From Octopus sinensis (taxonomy: Eukaryota): a stretch of DNA of 64,000 nt. The position numbers and the translations under genes are program-made. The notes under the pieces were generated by a model, which made no database searches, was not told where the DNA came from, and worked only from the letters and a program-made list of their open reading frames with translations. Position 1 is the first letter of the stretch; each line of letters opens with the position of its first letter. The stretch spans positions 33,790,001 through 33,854,000 of the forward strand of contig NC_043015.1 of NCBI RefSeq assembly GCF_006345805.1, written 5' to 3'. Below are positions 26,340-38,570 of the stretch, piece by piece.

Positions 26340-27330
26340 TGCAATGAGTGTGAAAGATGATCTTTTTAACTGGTTGGAGTCCTTCATTCTCAGCCAAAAA
26401 GAGGTAGTCACGGTTCTAGGACAACATTCTTCACCCATTGAGACGTTATCTGGTGTACTGCAGGGATCGGTTTCTTGGTCCCCTTTTGTTGCATACATTA
26501 ATGACATAGATGCCAACTTAAAGAATGCCACAGAGCTGAAATATGCAGATGACATCAAGCTGTACTTTGAGATAAAAAGGACAGATCTTGAACACTATAA
26601 ATCTTTCCTGCAATCAGACTGGCAACTCAAGCTGGCTGTGGACAAGTGTATCACCATGCATTTTGGGAGGAAAGACCCAACATCTACCTACTCTCTCCGC
26701 AACACTAATATCAAGAAGTCTTCTTGTGAATGTGATCTGGGCATTACTATCAGCAGTGATTTGCCCTGGACAAAGCACATCTCTAAAACTCAAGAAGGCC
26801 AAGTGTGTCTTGGCATCACTCAGCAAGACCTTTGTTAGCTGCTCTCCAGCTATCTATTTAAGGTTGTATATGGCTATAGTGCAGCCACACTTGGAATTTG
26901 CATCACCAGTCTGGAACACTTATCTTGCTCAGGACTGCCTGAAAATTGTTCAGAGATGTGCAACCAAGTGAATACCCACCATCAGGCATCTACCATACCC
27001 TGAACACCAAGCTTTCCTGGGCATAGATACATTGAAGCTTTGATGTCTGGCAACTGACTTGGTAAACACCCACAAAATTATTAACCATTGTTCCAACAAC
27101 CACCTTGAGCACCTTTTTGAGCTCCATGTGTCTAACACATGTGGGCATGCCTACAAAGTCAGAAAACAGCACAGCTCCCATGACTCTCAGAAACATTTTT
27201 TCACACTTAGAGTCACTGAAGCATGGAACAAACTGCCTGCATCAGTTACTAGTTGTCAAGACATTGCATCCTTTAAAATTTCCATGCTTCCTGAAATTCA
27301 CCAACACTACACCTGATATCCCACCCCCAT
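26340..27330 (+). mobile_element. CR1-clade LINE, 5'-truncated RT C-terminal half
   Basis: SGVLQGSV, YINDI, KYADDIKLY, DLGITISSDLPWTKHI, VQPHLEFASPVWN, HFFTLRVTEAWNKLP are CR1-type RT and C-terminal motifs. Frameshifted across three ORFs. Confidence 0.92.
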
Positions 27331-27373
27331 TCCATAAGCATGCACACATTTATATCATGACTCATACACTGTT

Positions 27374-27620
27374 GGGGAAATATTGCATTGCCTGGAAACA
27401 GGTGAGGGTTGGCAATAGGTAGGACATTATTATGTATAGTGCTCAGGTGCACTTTAACTCATCAAAGAATTATGTACAAAAGTCATAATAGAATTATACA
27501 TAATTATAATTCTATTATGACTTTTGTACATAATTCTTTGATGAGTTACAGTGCACCTGAGCACTATACATAATAATGCCCTACCTATTGCCAACCCACA
27601 CCTGTTTGTAATATTTCCCC
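27374..27620. repeat. Inverted duplication/palindrome (103-bp core arms, 6-nt loop)
   Basis: 27396-27498 versus 27505-27607, 3 mismatches, loop cataat. Outer ggggaaatatt/aatatttcccc extension. Confidence 0.95.
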
Positions 27621-28274
27621 ACAACCAGACATCATGTTCTGTCAAGGCAAAGAGATAGCAACACACACACACTGACAGGTTTCTCTCAGTTTCCATCTAC
27701 CAAATCCACTCACAAGGGTTTGGTCAGCCCAAGGCTATAGAAGACACTCTCGCCCAAGGTGCCACAAAATGGGTCTGAACCAAAACAGCGTGGTTGAGAA
27801 GATGGCTACTTACCACCCAGCCTGACACCTATTAATCCCTTCTATAACAGTGTCTGTGAGTCTCACCGCTACCACCCTCTTTAATTTCTTATCTTTTCTC
27901 ATATTTTACCTCTCAGTCACAGGGACTCTGAAGCCTTCTAAGTTAAAAAGGTGACCTCACAAGTGCTGATGGTATGGAAGAAGCATCCAGTACCTTCAGT
28001 AAAGCAGATGGTTTTAGGAAAGACACCCAACACTGGGGCAAGACATGAATCTCCAACCCATCAGATTCAACCAAACCATCCAATCCATGCCAGCATCATA
28101 GAAGGTGGTTGTAGAGCAATGATGAGTATGATGTGTGCGCGTGTGTGTGTGTGTATATACATACACACACATATATATATATATAGGTCACAGATGGGAT
28201 CCAAATGGTCTTATAGAATACACTAGGTAAGTGCTCAAGAGATTTAAACTTGAGCAGGTATAGAAGTGAACGTT

Positions 28275-28508
28275 GAGAAAGCAAGTTGGATCAATATATA
28301 AAGTATATTAAATAGAGGAAATACAAAAAATGTATAAATGTATACATATAAAAAGATCCAACTTACATAGAATATAAATGATATACGGAATTAAAGGGGT
28401 TGAGGAACAGTAATTCTCTATACCATTTATATTCTGTGTAAGTATATACATTTTATTTGTATTACATGTATTTAATATATTTTATATATTGATCCAACTT
28501 GTTTATCT
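28275..28508. mobile_element. AT-rich imperfect fold-back (MITE-like) element
   Basis: Nested inverted segments: caagttggatcaatatataaa/tttatatattgatccaacttg, acttacatagaatataaatg/catttatattctgtgtaagt, gaatta/taattc. Confidence 0.8.
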
Positions 28509-29499
28509 CTACATTTATTTTACACACACACACACACATATATACACACACACACACATATATGTGTGTGTAAATATAAGATCCAGGGATCGAGGTGTAG
28601 GAGGAAATTTAGCTTCAAGCAATCTGTAGTAAATATTAAAAAGAAAACATTCAGGGCCGAAAGTGGTTTATTAAGACTGAAGGTCGTGGATTTTTTCATA
28701 TTGAAGAATGAAAAGCTGAAAAAAGTTCTTTTTATATTTCACAGTAGGTGACCAGGGTTGCCGGGTGTGCGAATAAGACAGCAAGAGTTATGGAATGAAG
28801 TAAGTTAAGATCCAACCTCAGAAGTGGTAAGAATCCAGGTGAGGTATCTACCGCCAGCTACTCATCAGAATATCTTGATAAAATTAATAGTTACATTGTC
28901 ACAAGGAAGATTCAATCAGAATGTATATTTGAGACACAAGTGGCCATGATGTTAAGCAGTTTGCTTTAGAACACGTTTACAAATTGTTCCCATAGCATGG
29001 ACACTGTCAGCTGGTATTTTTTATAGTTGTGGGTTGACCAATGCCTTGTAGTTGAAATTTGGTAGATGGAAACTGAAAAAAGCCCATCATCTGCTTTCTT
29101 GTTGTTGAAAGAGGCAAGGTTGACCTATCTCCACAAGTGGATGCTTTTGAGGTCAGTGTTCATGGAATCAGGGTGGATTTGTCATACAGTGTCCAGGCTG
29201 TGAGAGAATAATGCATTGCTGGAGAATATTGGAGAGAAATGAAGAGTAATGTTAACAGTCTTAGGGTGAGTGTTGTTAGATGTGACAGCAAGTAACAGCA
29301 TTGATGAATAAAAAGGAGAGAGAGATACAAGAAAGCTCTAAGGCACAACAAAGTTATCAATGAAGAACGGACAGAGCTTCTTCAATGCACCCAGCAACAA
29401 CATGATAGAAAACTACCATGCATGTATGCATATGTGTGTGTGTATGTGCATGAGTGAGTGTGTATATTTGTGTATTCCCCTTGTCTTGATGTATGCATG

Positions 29500-30290
29500 C
29501 TAATTGTGATCAAATGCCACTACCATACAAGTGGTGTCATTGGTTTACAATCTTCTACCAAAAATTATCCATCCACCAAACATTCGCTGCATTGATGACG
29601 CCTATTCAAATAGAAACGTATCAATCGCTGTCTTCTTGTCTCCAGATAATAAAATTTTTCATGAAGGATATGCTTCTAGAGATTATCTCCTCTTACCATT
29701 TGGAACTGGTACCAGTTGTCGCTAAGTAGATGATCTAGCTTTTTTGGAAGCTAAGATAATTACAATAAATCAAGAATTCCTCTCATTTAATATACTCTAA
29801 TTTGTCTTAGATATCCTGAATAAATCATACGGTTGTAAAGAAGTACATAAATGACATAACAAGAGCAGAAAAATACATTAGCTCTGAACAGCTGGTGACT
29901 TTCAACAAATTCAGACCCATGATGGAACATCATTCCCACATCTTAGACCATGCTGTTGCAGACACAAACATACACTATTTTACATCAAATTCATTAGGAA
30001 GGTGTCCTTTACACTGTGACCCCTAACATAAATATGCAGTGTCTCTTCACAATGCTTTTTCTACTTAAAACTCCTCCACCTCCTCCAACCAGTTCTGTTC
30101 TTCAGAGTTAACCAACTGACACTATCTCCACACTAAATCTCTTCCTTGCTACTCACTGTGTGCCGCTTCTCCCTTGGGAACCCTTAGAACCCTCAATACC
30201 CAATACCTTTTTTCTTCAACCAACCCAATCTTTGGAATTTCCTTATCACTGCCAGGGATTGCATATTCTCCACCTCATGAAACGAAATAA
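29500..30290 (+). mobile_element. Highly degenerate CR1/Jockey-like LINE C-terminal fragment
   Basis: KFRPMMEHHSHILDHAV at about 29905-29960 resembles the (Q)IRPxMEYCSHIW motif. Confidence 0.45.
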
Positions 30291-30847
30291 GATTACACAT
30301 AGCATTAATTAATTCAACAAAGTGTTAATTAGTCTATCGAGAATTAACAGTGGGAAGTGCGATATTGTCTTTGTTGGACGAACATGTATTTATTCTCTTG
30401 AAGTTATAAGCCAGATACGTTCATACGTACTTACATATGTATGTATCATTATAATCAACATTTAATGCCCATTTTCCATGTTGGGTCGTTTGACAGGAAC
30501 TGGCAAGGCCAGGGGACACACTAGGTCCCATGGTCTGTGTTTGGCAGGGTTTCAACAGTTGGATGCCCTTCCTAACACCAACCACTTTACAGATGCACTG
30601 AGTGCTTCTTGCATAACACCAGCACCCATACTAATGCTTCTTACATGGTAGCTTGCTTTTAAGATCTCAATTTTGCTGTGGTAGACAGTTTTCTTCAGTA
30701 CAGCAATGCTATGTATGTATATATGATTTTCATTCTGGTGTGGGTTGGATAGGTGAACTCTACCTTTTTTTGAACTTGGATGTAAATTTCATTTTTTAGC
30801 TCGATTTCTACAGCTGATTGTCCTGGAGTGTGACTAAAGGAAGTTAA

Positions 30848-31047
30848 ACCTTTAGCATCCAGATTTCTTTGTCAAATGGAATTCTTATTTATTCACATTG
30901 TTTTGAATCGATCATGCAATATCTCATACCTTTGAGATTGCAATGGTGTGTTTGTATATTTTTTGAGTGATATTGCAGAGAAGTTTGAGAAGCCAGACCT
31001 AGCTGGTTTGAACACAAAACAGGTAGAATATCTGGGCTGCTAAAGGG
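30848..31047 (+). mobile_element. piggyBac-like MITE (200 bp, TTAA flanks)
   Basis: TTAA (30844-47) + acctttagca ... tgctaaaggg + TTAA (31048-51). Confidence 0.7.
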
Positions 31048-31069
31048 TTAATAACAAAATAGCCAGTGA

Positions 31070-31480
31070 GGAGGTCTGACAAGGTCCCTAAAATATATAC
31101 CTCAAAATGGTGAAAGGGCTAAGATGATGACTATAAGAGAGAGAGGTTGGGATGAAGTGTTAGAGAGGGTCAGATAGTTATGCACTCATAGAAGGAGGGA
31201 GATGAATAAATGAGTATGTTAAGAAATCAGCTGAAGAAGAGAAGTCTTGGTCAATGGTTGTATTGGCCTAACTATGTAGTGTAAATGAATGACGTATATG
31301 AAGTGCAGGATGCTATGACATGGTAGAGGTGGGTCAGAAAAGAACTTGAGGGGCTGAATTAGATCAAAAGGTTGGTCCTCACAGATGTCTTAACACAGAC
31401 TTAACATACATGGAGAAATGCTGTTTTATACAATCCATTCCAACCCATAGCAGCATGGAAAATAGACGTCTAAACAACAT
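31070..31480 (+). mobile_element. Degenerate RTE 3' end with family D tail
   Basis: Ends ccaacccatagcagcatggaaaatagacgtctaaac; upstream sequence resembles the RTE C-terminus. Confidence 0.5.
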
Positions 31481-33094
31481 ACATAAACATAATGTGTGTG
31501 TATACACACAGACACACACATAGTTCAGGCATGGCTGTGTGGCTAAGAAATTTGCTTCACAACCTCATGGTTTCAGGTTCAATTCCACTGAACAGTACTC
31601 TCAGGGTCTTCACCTATAGCCACAAGCCAACCAATATCATGCAAGTGAGTTTGGTAGATGAAGACCATACAAAGCCAATCCTGTGTGTGTGTCTGTGTTT
31701 GTTTACATTTGTGCTACTCTAAACCTCACTGGTGGTGATTCCATATTCTCTATCATGAGATCGTCCATATGCGCTGGGCTTTGACAGACATACAGAACAA
31801 AACACCTTTATGTGAAAAACAGTTTAAGGATTATCAACAAGGTGGGGGCTTCAGCTGCAAAAGAATATCTAAATGTCATCTCATTTATGGTAACAGAAAA
31901 ATGGACCAATCAACTAACGTTGCTTTGCAACCATTTTTCCATGGACTGGGGTATATCTTTATCGAGAGTCCCCACTCCTTGCAAATAAGCACAATGGCTA
32001 GACCTGTTGATGAGGTTACAATGAAGATTTTATCATCAGATGTAATAAAGTAGATCAGATTTAAAAATTTTTTTATGATACTTTAACATTAGACAAATTG
32101 CTTTCTTCATCTGGGATTTAGGGATAATCAACTCCATATACATAACTTCGTAGGGATTTTGTTGTCCCTTGCCCAAATTCCAGCAGCCTTCCTGAAATCT
32201 TAACAAGCCAAATCTTCTATAAATGGGGACCAGGCAGTAATTGGAAGAAAGAGAAAATATAGAGTTAACATAGGTGTAAGCTGTGATAGGCTGAATAAGT
32301 TTACAGAACACGAAAGAAGTAGCCACAGTTTATGTCAGCAAAAATCAATTCTGATTTTTAAAACACTGGACAGGTTTAGTGTTTCATATACAGAAAAGAC
32401 AGAACCCCACTTCATAGATTGCAAAACACAGCCTTCCCAACAAGTATTATTGAATTAAAAACTAAATATATTTTAATATACAACAAATTAAAAGGGTAGC
32501 TTATTAGCAATTAGAACCTAAAGGCCAAATTAATAGAGGTCACAAAAGTGACAGAGGGTGCTGAGTAGCACTGCTTATGCTAAAATAAGAGTTAAATTAA
32601 CCCCAAAGCCACTATAGCACTATACTTAATGACTGACAAAGGGGAGCAAGTCCCTAGCAGACATAGCCACATCGTGATTTTGAATTTTGGTGTAGACCAC
32701 CTAAGTTCCAGGGATGTAAACACTGACAAAAACACACAAACATATATATATACGACAGGCTTCTTTCAGTTTCTGTCTACCAAATCCACTCACAAAGCTT
32801 TGGTCAGCCCAAAGCTATAGTAGAAAACACTTGCCCAAGGTACCACACAGTGGGATTGAACTGGAAAGCACGTGGCTGAAAAGCCACACCTACATATATA
32901 TACATATATATATATATCCCTGCCGTAAGGCGTCATTTCCACACACACCAGCTTAATTCAATTCGTTCTTAGTCGAAAGACACCTATTGTTATGTCCTGC
33001 TATTATTTTTATTGTATTTGTGTAACATTGTCCGTTTTTTCCATCCTTGTTTTTGTAAACATTCGCTACTTTCTTCCAAGGAATCTAATGCTCT

Positions 33095-33295
33095 TAGCTT
33101 AGTTTTTCCTTGGGGTTGGCCAGACTGGAGCAATCTCAAGAATAATCAGCCGAAATTGTGAAGAAATTGACTGAGGAAAGAAAACTTCAAATGACTCATC
33201 CTTGTTTTCTTTATATCGTATATCTGGATGTTTTGTTGTCCCATTTTTGTATCACCTAACTGTCCGAATGTTTTGCATTCTTGTCCCATTTTGTA
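33095..33295 (+). repeat. Unclassified interspersed repeat (second copy 58988-59175), possibly Penelope-like
   Basis: agcttagtttttccttgggg..ggccaga.tggagcaatctca.g.taa.cagc.gaaattg..ttgactgaggaaagaaaact shared by both loci, each bounded by (TA)n. Confidence 0.6.
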
Positions 33296-33898
33296 TTATA
33301 TATATATACATATATGCAACCATCCCTTCATGAGGTTACCATATTTTAAATATATATATATATAGTCTTCCACAATCCCACAAACTTACTTATCCATCCA
33401 TACCACTTCTCTTATACTCACATTCCTGTATCTTGATGGTTCAGCCTCACATCTTCACTGCCATCCTCTTTCTTTTTCAACAAGGGCAACCATGTATCTC
33501 CCCTTAAAACTGCCTCCCTCACTACTACATCCCACTGCCTCGGGTGAGGGGTAGTGTCTTGCGAGTTACTACCAGTGCCACATAAAAGGCACCCAGTACA
33601 CTCTACAAAATGGTTGCCATTAGAAAAGGTATCCAGGCTGTAGAAACCATACGAAGCAAGCACTGGCGCTTGACGCAGTCTTTTGGCTTGCTGGCTCCAG
33701 TTGAATGTTTTATCAGTCCCCCTCCCACCTTATGTGTGTGTGTGTTTGCCAGGTTGAAAGCACCCGGCATTGGGAAGAGTATCCAACTGTAGATGCCAGA
33801 CCAAATCAGACTGGAACCTGGTGCAGCTCTCCTTCTTGCTAGCTCTGGTCAAACTGTTCAACCCATGCCAGCATGGAAAATGGATGTTAAATGATGAT

Positions 33899-33951
<53 letters not shown>

Positions 33952-34784
33952 CTGCCTGCAGTGTGCACCTGAGTGTGTTTAGGACTACAGGAAATCTTAC
34001 TCTACTTGGAAACAGGTAAGAGTTGGCACCTGGATGGAGAAAATCTGTCTCAACAAATTTTGTCGCAGTCACACAAACAAAAAAGTCTGGATGCTAAAAT
34101 GATAACATGAATGTATATCTGTGTGTATAAGGGCACAGGCCACTTAATGACCACATAACTTTGGGTTCAGTCCCACCACATGGCGCCCTGTGCCAACTTA
34201 GAACATTGTGAGTATATTTTGTAAACAGAAACTAAACGAAGCCTGTTAATATACAACAGAGATGTGTTTGTATTGCAAGTATTTTGATCAGATCATATGT
34301 GGAAACTAAATCAGTTGCATCCTGAAAGAGTTAACCTGGCCATTGAGAAAAACACAAAACACCGTCAACATCACCTAAACTTACTTGTTCTGTGTGATGT
34401 GTGTTTGCTGCTCAATACCTAAGTGGCTATGGACATGCTCGTGTCCTCTTGTCTTGATATTACACATCAATCGTAAACAAATGACACCGTCATACCAGTG
34501 GTATCGTTCATTTACAATCTTCCGCGAAAACAAGTTCAAAGGGCTAGGAGAAATATCCATTCACTTGGAAACAGGTGAGGCTTGGCGGCTGGAAGTAAAA
34601 AATCTGCCTCAACGAATCTTTGACCCATGCACAAGGATGGATATGAGGACACTAAAACGCCGATTTGTACACACGCACACATATATATATATACACACAC
34701 ACAAAGTTAACTTTCTTTTTTATAAGTAGATCCAAAATATTTTATTAGACAGAAATACGAAGTAAATGAGCTCCAAGTATCGTT

Positions 34785-34837
34785 CAAAATATCTGATGAG
34801 TCGTTACAGGCGAAACTTCAACGTCAGATCTGTTTTG
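34785..34837 (+). ncRNA. Type I hammerhead ribozyme motif, minimal, stem I degenerate
   Basis: CTGATGA 34793-99; stem II GTC/GGC with loop GTTACA; GAAA 34812-15; stem III AC/GT with loop TTCAAC; cleavage triplet GTC 34823-25. Confidence 0.6.
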
Positions 34838-35429
34838 TATTTAAAATAACAGTGTGTGTACAAAGCTATAAGAAATTACACTGTGTGTATGCATATTGTT
34901 AAGGCATGTTTTGTCAGTAATGCCCTTGAGGAAAGCGTGACAATCAAATCTTCTCGGTAAATTTAAACGTCTGAAGCCTAAGAAATAAATGTTAAATATC
35001 ACATAGACGTGTATTGCAATATTAATGATACTGAATTAGTTTAAGTGAAATATCAACACATATAAGAGGCCTCTATCCGTTACATCTTGGCATTTGAACA
35101 CCTGGAATTCAATTTTTTTTTTTTTTTTGCAAACATTCAAGACAAGAATCCGGTTTGAGATTGGTAGCATCCTTCCTTTCTTCAACTTGTCTCTGAGGTC
35201 AAAGAAAAAATAATAAATACACTTAGAAGGTTAGGAGTTCAAAGCTTGCTGCATCTATTGTGGTGTGCCTCCAAGCTATGAGATTTGCTTTACACTTCAG
35301 TGGTTGGTAATGAGAGGAAATCCCAAGTGGAGCACAATTTGCTCAACGATTCTCTTACAATTGTAAAAATTTGTAAATCCATTCAAACCATGACAGTGCG
35401 GAAAATTGAGAAAGCAGAGAGAGAGAGAA

Positions 35430-36000
35430 AAGGAGAATGTGAGAGGAGGAATAGTGAAGGAGAGAATGTAAGAAAAAGGAGAGTATTTGTGAGTGGATTG
35501 GCGAACCTGTTTGAGTGGAGGAGGAATGCGAGGAGAGATGGAGAGAGAAGTGGGAAAAGGACAGAATGTATGTCTATGAAAGTACGTTTTGTGTGTGTAA
35601 CGAGAGGTTAGAGAGCAAGGCAAAGTGTATGTGCGTGTGTGTATTAATCAGAAGTATGTGTGCAACTGCATATTAGAAGGAGAGAGAGAGCGTGTGTATA
35701 TACAAGTACATGAAAGGGAGCGAGGTAAAGTGAGAGTACGTGATTGTATGAGAGAGAGAGGGGGGAGAGGAGAAAGAGAAGTGGTTCAAAGGTTTCTACG
35801 ATATCTCCACATGACTGAGTTGGATGTGGTAGAGAGAGATGAAAGAAGAGAAGGGAGGAGGAGCAGAACAGGCTACTTACTACTGTGTCACTATTGTTGC
35901 TACTGAAGTATGTGTGATCGTCTAAGTGATAGAAGCAGTGAGCAATAAAGGTAGAATGCGACCCTAAAGCAGGAGGGAGAGAGAGAGAGAGAGAGAGTGA
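35430..36000. repeat. Purine-rich (GA)n low-complexity tract
   Basis: Directly visible. Confidence 0.85.
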
Positions 36001-37201
36001 CCAGTGCATAGCTCCACTGCCTGGCGCCCTCCTTTTGCCACATAACTACTATGAAAAAGGCAAAGGAGATCAGGCCAAACGGACCAGTATCTTTAATCTT
36101 TCTCAAACACTGTCTACTTCGTTTGAGGAAGAGATTACACAAACTCGATGTCAGGTAATAATACAAATAATTCGAACTGTCGAGTAAGTTTTATGTCGTG
36201 AGGAAGAAGAGAGAAATTTAATGTTCCAAGGGAGAAGCCATTCGTTGAAGAGATAAAACTGTCAACTGGTGTCGAGAAATAAATTCCTGTTTGAATTATT
36301 TGTATCTGTACCGATGCCAAGCATCACTACTTCCCTCAGATTCCACTCTGTAGATTTAAACTAAGGTATACTGTCTATGCGACAGTCGGTTTGCACCTAT
36401 ATATCTATATGTGTGGTTATATATGAATGCGTGTCTGTGAGGCATTCTTGCTGCATGTGAACCTGCACAGGATTAAAACTACAAAATGTGTGCCAGTGTA
36501 AAGTACGCTGCATGTGCGTGCATGTTGGCTATACCCGACTGTGTCTCTCTGTTTTGTAGGTTGTGTGTTGAGGCTCTTTTCTCTTTCCTGATACACAACG
36601 AAGTGTTGCAGGGAAGCCAACAATTTGCATTCGATTCACAGCTGTAGCTATTAGATTTTTACTTGCATCTGACTTCCATGTAAGCTACTGGCAAAAGCAT
36701 AAATATCACAACTTCCCATTTCCTTCTACAGATGTCAGGCTACTTCGGCACATCACTAGATTTTGGTTCAAGTCAGACTAGCATGGATCTAACCCTTCTT
36801 GGCTCCGTAATCAATAAAAAATCTTAAAATGAAGCTATATACTTTTTTTTTATGAAGATACACTTAGATTTCATTGAAGTAGGTTTAAACACTATAATCC
36901 ATATTTTCTCTACAAGCAGGTCTTTGTTTCAAATCAACGATGAATCCTTTTAAATAGCATTTGTCTATTTACACTGTCCAAAGATTCGGGGACAAGGGTG
37001 ACGAGTGTGACACATTTTTATTCAATGAGTTTCGCTATGCCTCACAGAACACACCCGGGAAACGGAAGTCTATGAAGTACCCAGCTGAACTGGAGTGAAT
37101 GAGTAGTGAGAGAGAGAGAGAGACAGATAGAAGGATGGATATATCCGGTAATCAGGATTAGAAATGTTTCATCACTTGGCAAAAAAAAAAAAAAGGATTT
37201 T

Positions 37202-37291
37202 GGCGAAGGTAAAGAAATACGCACACCACCCGTTTTCGGCGGTTAGGGTTAGGTCGAAAACGGGTGGTGTGCGTATTCTTTGACCTCCTCC
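37202..37291. mobile_element. 90-bp Merlin-like hairpin MITE with telomere-type loop
   Basis: 8-bp direct repeat AGGATTTT at 37194-201 and 37292-99. Termini GGCGA../..TCCTCC (left end fits the Merlin GGNRM consensus). Perfect 23-bp inner stem 37216-38/37255-77; loop gcGGTTAGGGTTAGGt. Confidence 0.7.
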
Positions 37292-37982
37292 AGGATTTTT
37301 AGGAAAAACCAGCTGTTGCCTCTGCAGAAAGTTTTTCTTTTCTACATCACAGATGTTGTCCAAGAAGGAAAGGAAAGAACCAACACAGCTTGGCATGGGT
37401 GCTGTCGCAGACGAACTCAGAAAATAGGGGACAGAACAAACACCACAAGGTATCCTAGAAATGATGCTCTAAATCAAATAGCTCAAAGTAAGGAGTCGAT
37501 ATATACTTATATACATGTATATAGACACGCATACGTGTACATCTGATGACAGATTCCTAAATGTACACAACACGAATGCACAACGAATATACACACGACA
37601 TGCATTCATCACGTATCGGTATGTAGAGTGGCAAAAGGGGGGGGGGACCGTGGTCTTAATAAAGTGAAAAAGGGGTCGATTCGGGGGGGAGGGGGTCATG
37701 GGGGTGTGACGTCCAGAGAAGGTGTGGCACAACGATGTGTCTATATATATATATATATATATATTATATTATATATATATATACGTATTTAAGATAACAA
37801 GGCAACCATGCACGTATGTGTGTGTAAAATGTGTACATTATACATGCATGTTCTGAAAATGTATATTTGTGTGTTTTTATGCAGAAAACGAACACATATG
37901 TAAATCTGAAAGCAAAATGAATATCTAAGCAAAGTAAGCGTATATTTAAGTGTCGATGTATGTAAATATATATATATATATT

Positions 37983-38032
<50 letters not shown>

Positions 38033-38167
38033 CATGTGTGTGCATATAAAAATGCGAAAGTGTCTGCTGTGTGTAGCTCAAAATACGTATAGAAGACTAT
38101 ATAGATAGGTGATATGTGAATTTACAAGTTGGTGGGAATTATTGTAAACATTTAAATAAACCTAAGT

Positions 38168-38198
<31 letters not shown>

Positions 38199-38538
38199 GT
38201 GTTTGCCAAACAGAATAAACAAATGTGTATGAGGGGTTATATTGGATAATGCATGTTGAATCGTAATAAACAAATAGAGGTGTGTATAAACGAATGTGTG
38301 TATAATCTATAAATGTGCGAATGCAGTTCATAAACAAAAATGTGTCCACACATCGATATATAAATATTGTAGATTATTAATAATAATAGTAATTAATATG
38401 TAAATGTATGGAGAGAAAAAAACCGGGTAAATGAGTTGAAAAGGAAAATGTTTTGTGGAAGTAAATTACATGAAATTTAATTGTTTTTTTCTTCTTTCAA
38501 TAAAAGAGACCTTTAACCAGCAAAAGGTGAAAGGGTAT

Positions 38539-38570
<32 letters not shown>

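Noticed and set aside
31769-32400. Overlapping 65-96 aa open frames in non-repetitive sequence
   Set aside because: No motif recognised on either strand; cannot distinguish exon, decayed transposon or chance.
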